Source: Nitrospirota bacterium
Lineage (GTDB): Bacteria > Nitrospirota > Thermodesulfovibrionia > Thermodesulfovibrionales > Dissulfurispiraceae
Assembly: GCA_963790025.1 (NCBI GenBank)
Contig: CAWBMP010000005.1
Span: 271,508-295,507 of the forward strand
Length of the DNA: 24,000 nt
Direction of reading: 5' to 3'
Below the pieces are notes generated by a model that saw only the letters and a program-made list of their open reading frames with translations, searched no databases and was not told the DNA's origin. Of this stretch, positions 23,714 to 24,000 are shown one piece after another. How positions within the stretch are numbered: position 1 is the stretch's first letter; every line of letters starts with the position of its first letter. Both the position numbers and the translations under genes were made by a program.

Positions 23714-24000
23714 TTTAACTTTCAAAGGGAATCTTCCATAAAGAGGGGCTGAACAAGTTCTGCCTGAAGAAGAAAGAGTGAGAACGGGCCGGATCAAATC
23801 GTAAACTGTTTCTTTTCGAAAGAAACCTTGCGGTTTGCTGAGCGAAACGATAGTCTATACTACCAGAAAAAGGAAACGACGGTTCTTGCGTGCCGATATT
23901 GCGTATTATAAGCAGTAGTGTGCAAGGACAAAATAACTCTTTTTTTGTTTGGCTGGAAGTTATTTTTTTTTGCGGGCCCGAAGTATCCTAATTTGTTATA

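Noticed and set aside
23303-23797. Minus-strand ORF of 164 aa, overlapping the 3' half of the FGE-domain gene.
   Set aside because: It lies opposite a gene with strong FGE motifs, and its composition is not protein-like. It is a shadow ORF.
23808-23826. Near-perfect hairpin gtttcttt-tcg-aaagaaac (8-bp stem, 3-nt loop) about 95 nt downstream of the FGE-domain gene. A second AT-only stem (aaataact ... agttattt) lies near 23929-23965 and is followed by a T-run.
   Set aside because: The stems are all AT-rich. The first has no U-tract and the second has a loop of roughly 20 nt. I cannot assign either as a terminator or an RNA gene with any confidence.
1-24000. Searched by eye for tRNA/rRNA genes, CRISPR repeat-spacer arrays, transposase/integrase genes, terminal inverted repeats of IS elements, and toxin-antitoxin-sized gene pairs.
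   Set aside because: None found. The only repeats are the gene duplication, the 16-bp array and the lolA palindrome, all reported above.

Overview
This is a densely coding bacterial chromosomal window that follows the standard genetic code: genes end in TAA or TGA, and AGGAGG-type Shine-Dalgarno sites are visible. I count about 19 protein-coding genes. I saw no rRNA, tRNA, CRISPR array, transposase or integrase.

The left third (1-7867, all minus strand) is the most unusual part. It looks like a six-gene operon:
- three tandem paralogous membrane proteins, each with a GspE-N/MshEN-like N-terminal domain fused to 2-3 DUF202 (YidH-type) membrane units and no ATPase domain;
- a HAMP sensor histidine kinase;
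- a stand-alone CheY-like receiver;
- a PEP-utilising (PEP synthase/PPDK-like) enzyme that runs off the left edge and is therefore missing from the ORF track.

A roughly 700 bp poorly coding divergent region follows. After it come htrA/degP, a DHA2-type MFS transporter, and a very tightly packed plus-strand string: PP2C phosphatase, copA, receiver/HD-GYP protein, RNase J, ftsK, lolA.

The right end holds three exported proteins:
- a Tat-signal protein whose frame is interrupted by one in-frame TGA (candidate selenocysteine, readthrough or pseudogene);
- a signal-peptide alpha/beta hydrolase;
- a signal-peptide FGE/SUMF1-domain protein.

Other oddities:
- a roughly 190 bp imperfect palindrome (purine-rich arm, pyrimidine-rich arm) at the ftsK-lolA junction;
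- a 16-bp tandem repeat array upstream of the PEP-utilising gene;
- an intercistronic hairpin between kinase and receiver;
- an ftsK N-terminus that seems to begin upstream of any canonical start codon.

All domain calls come from reading motifs by eye. No database search or folding program was available.
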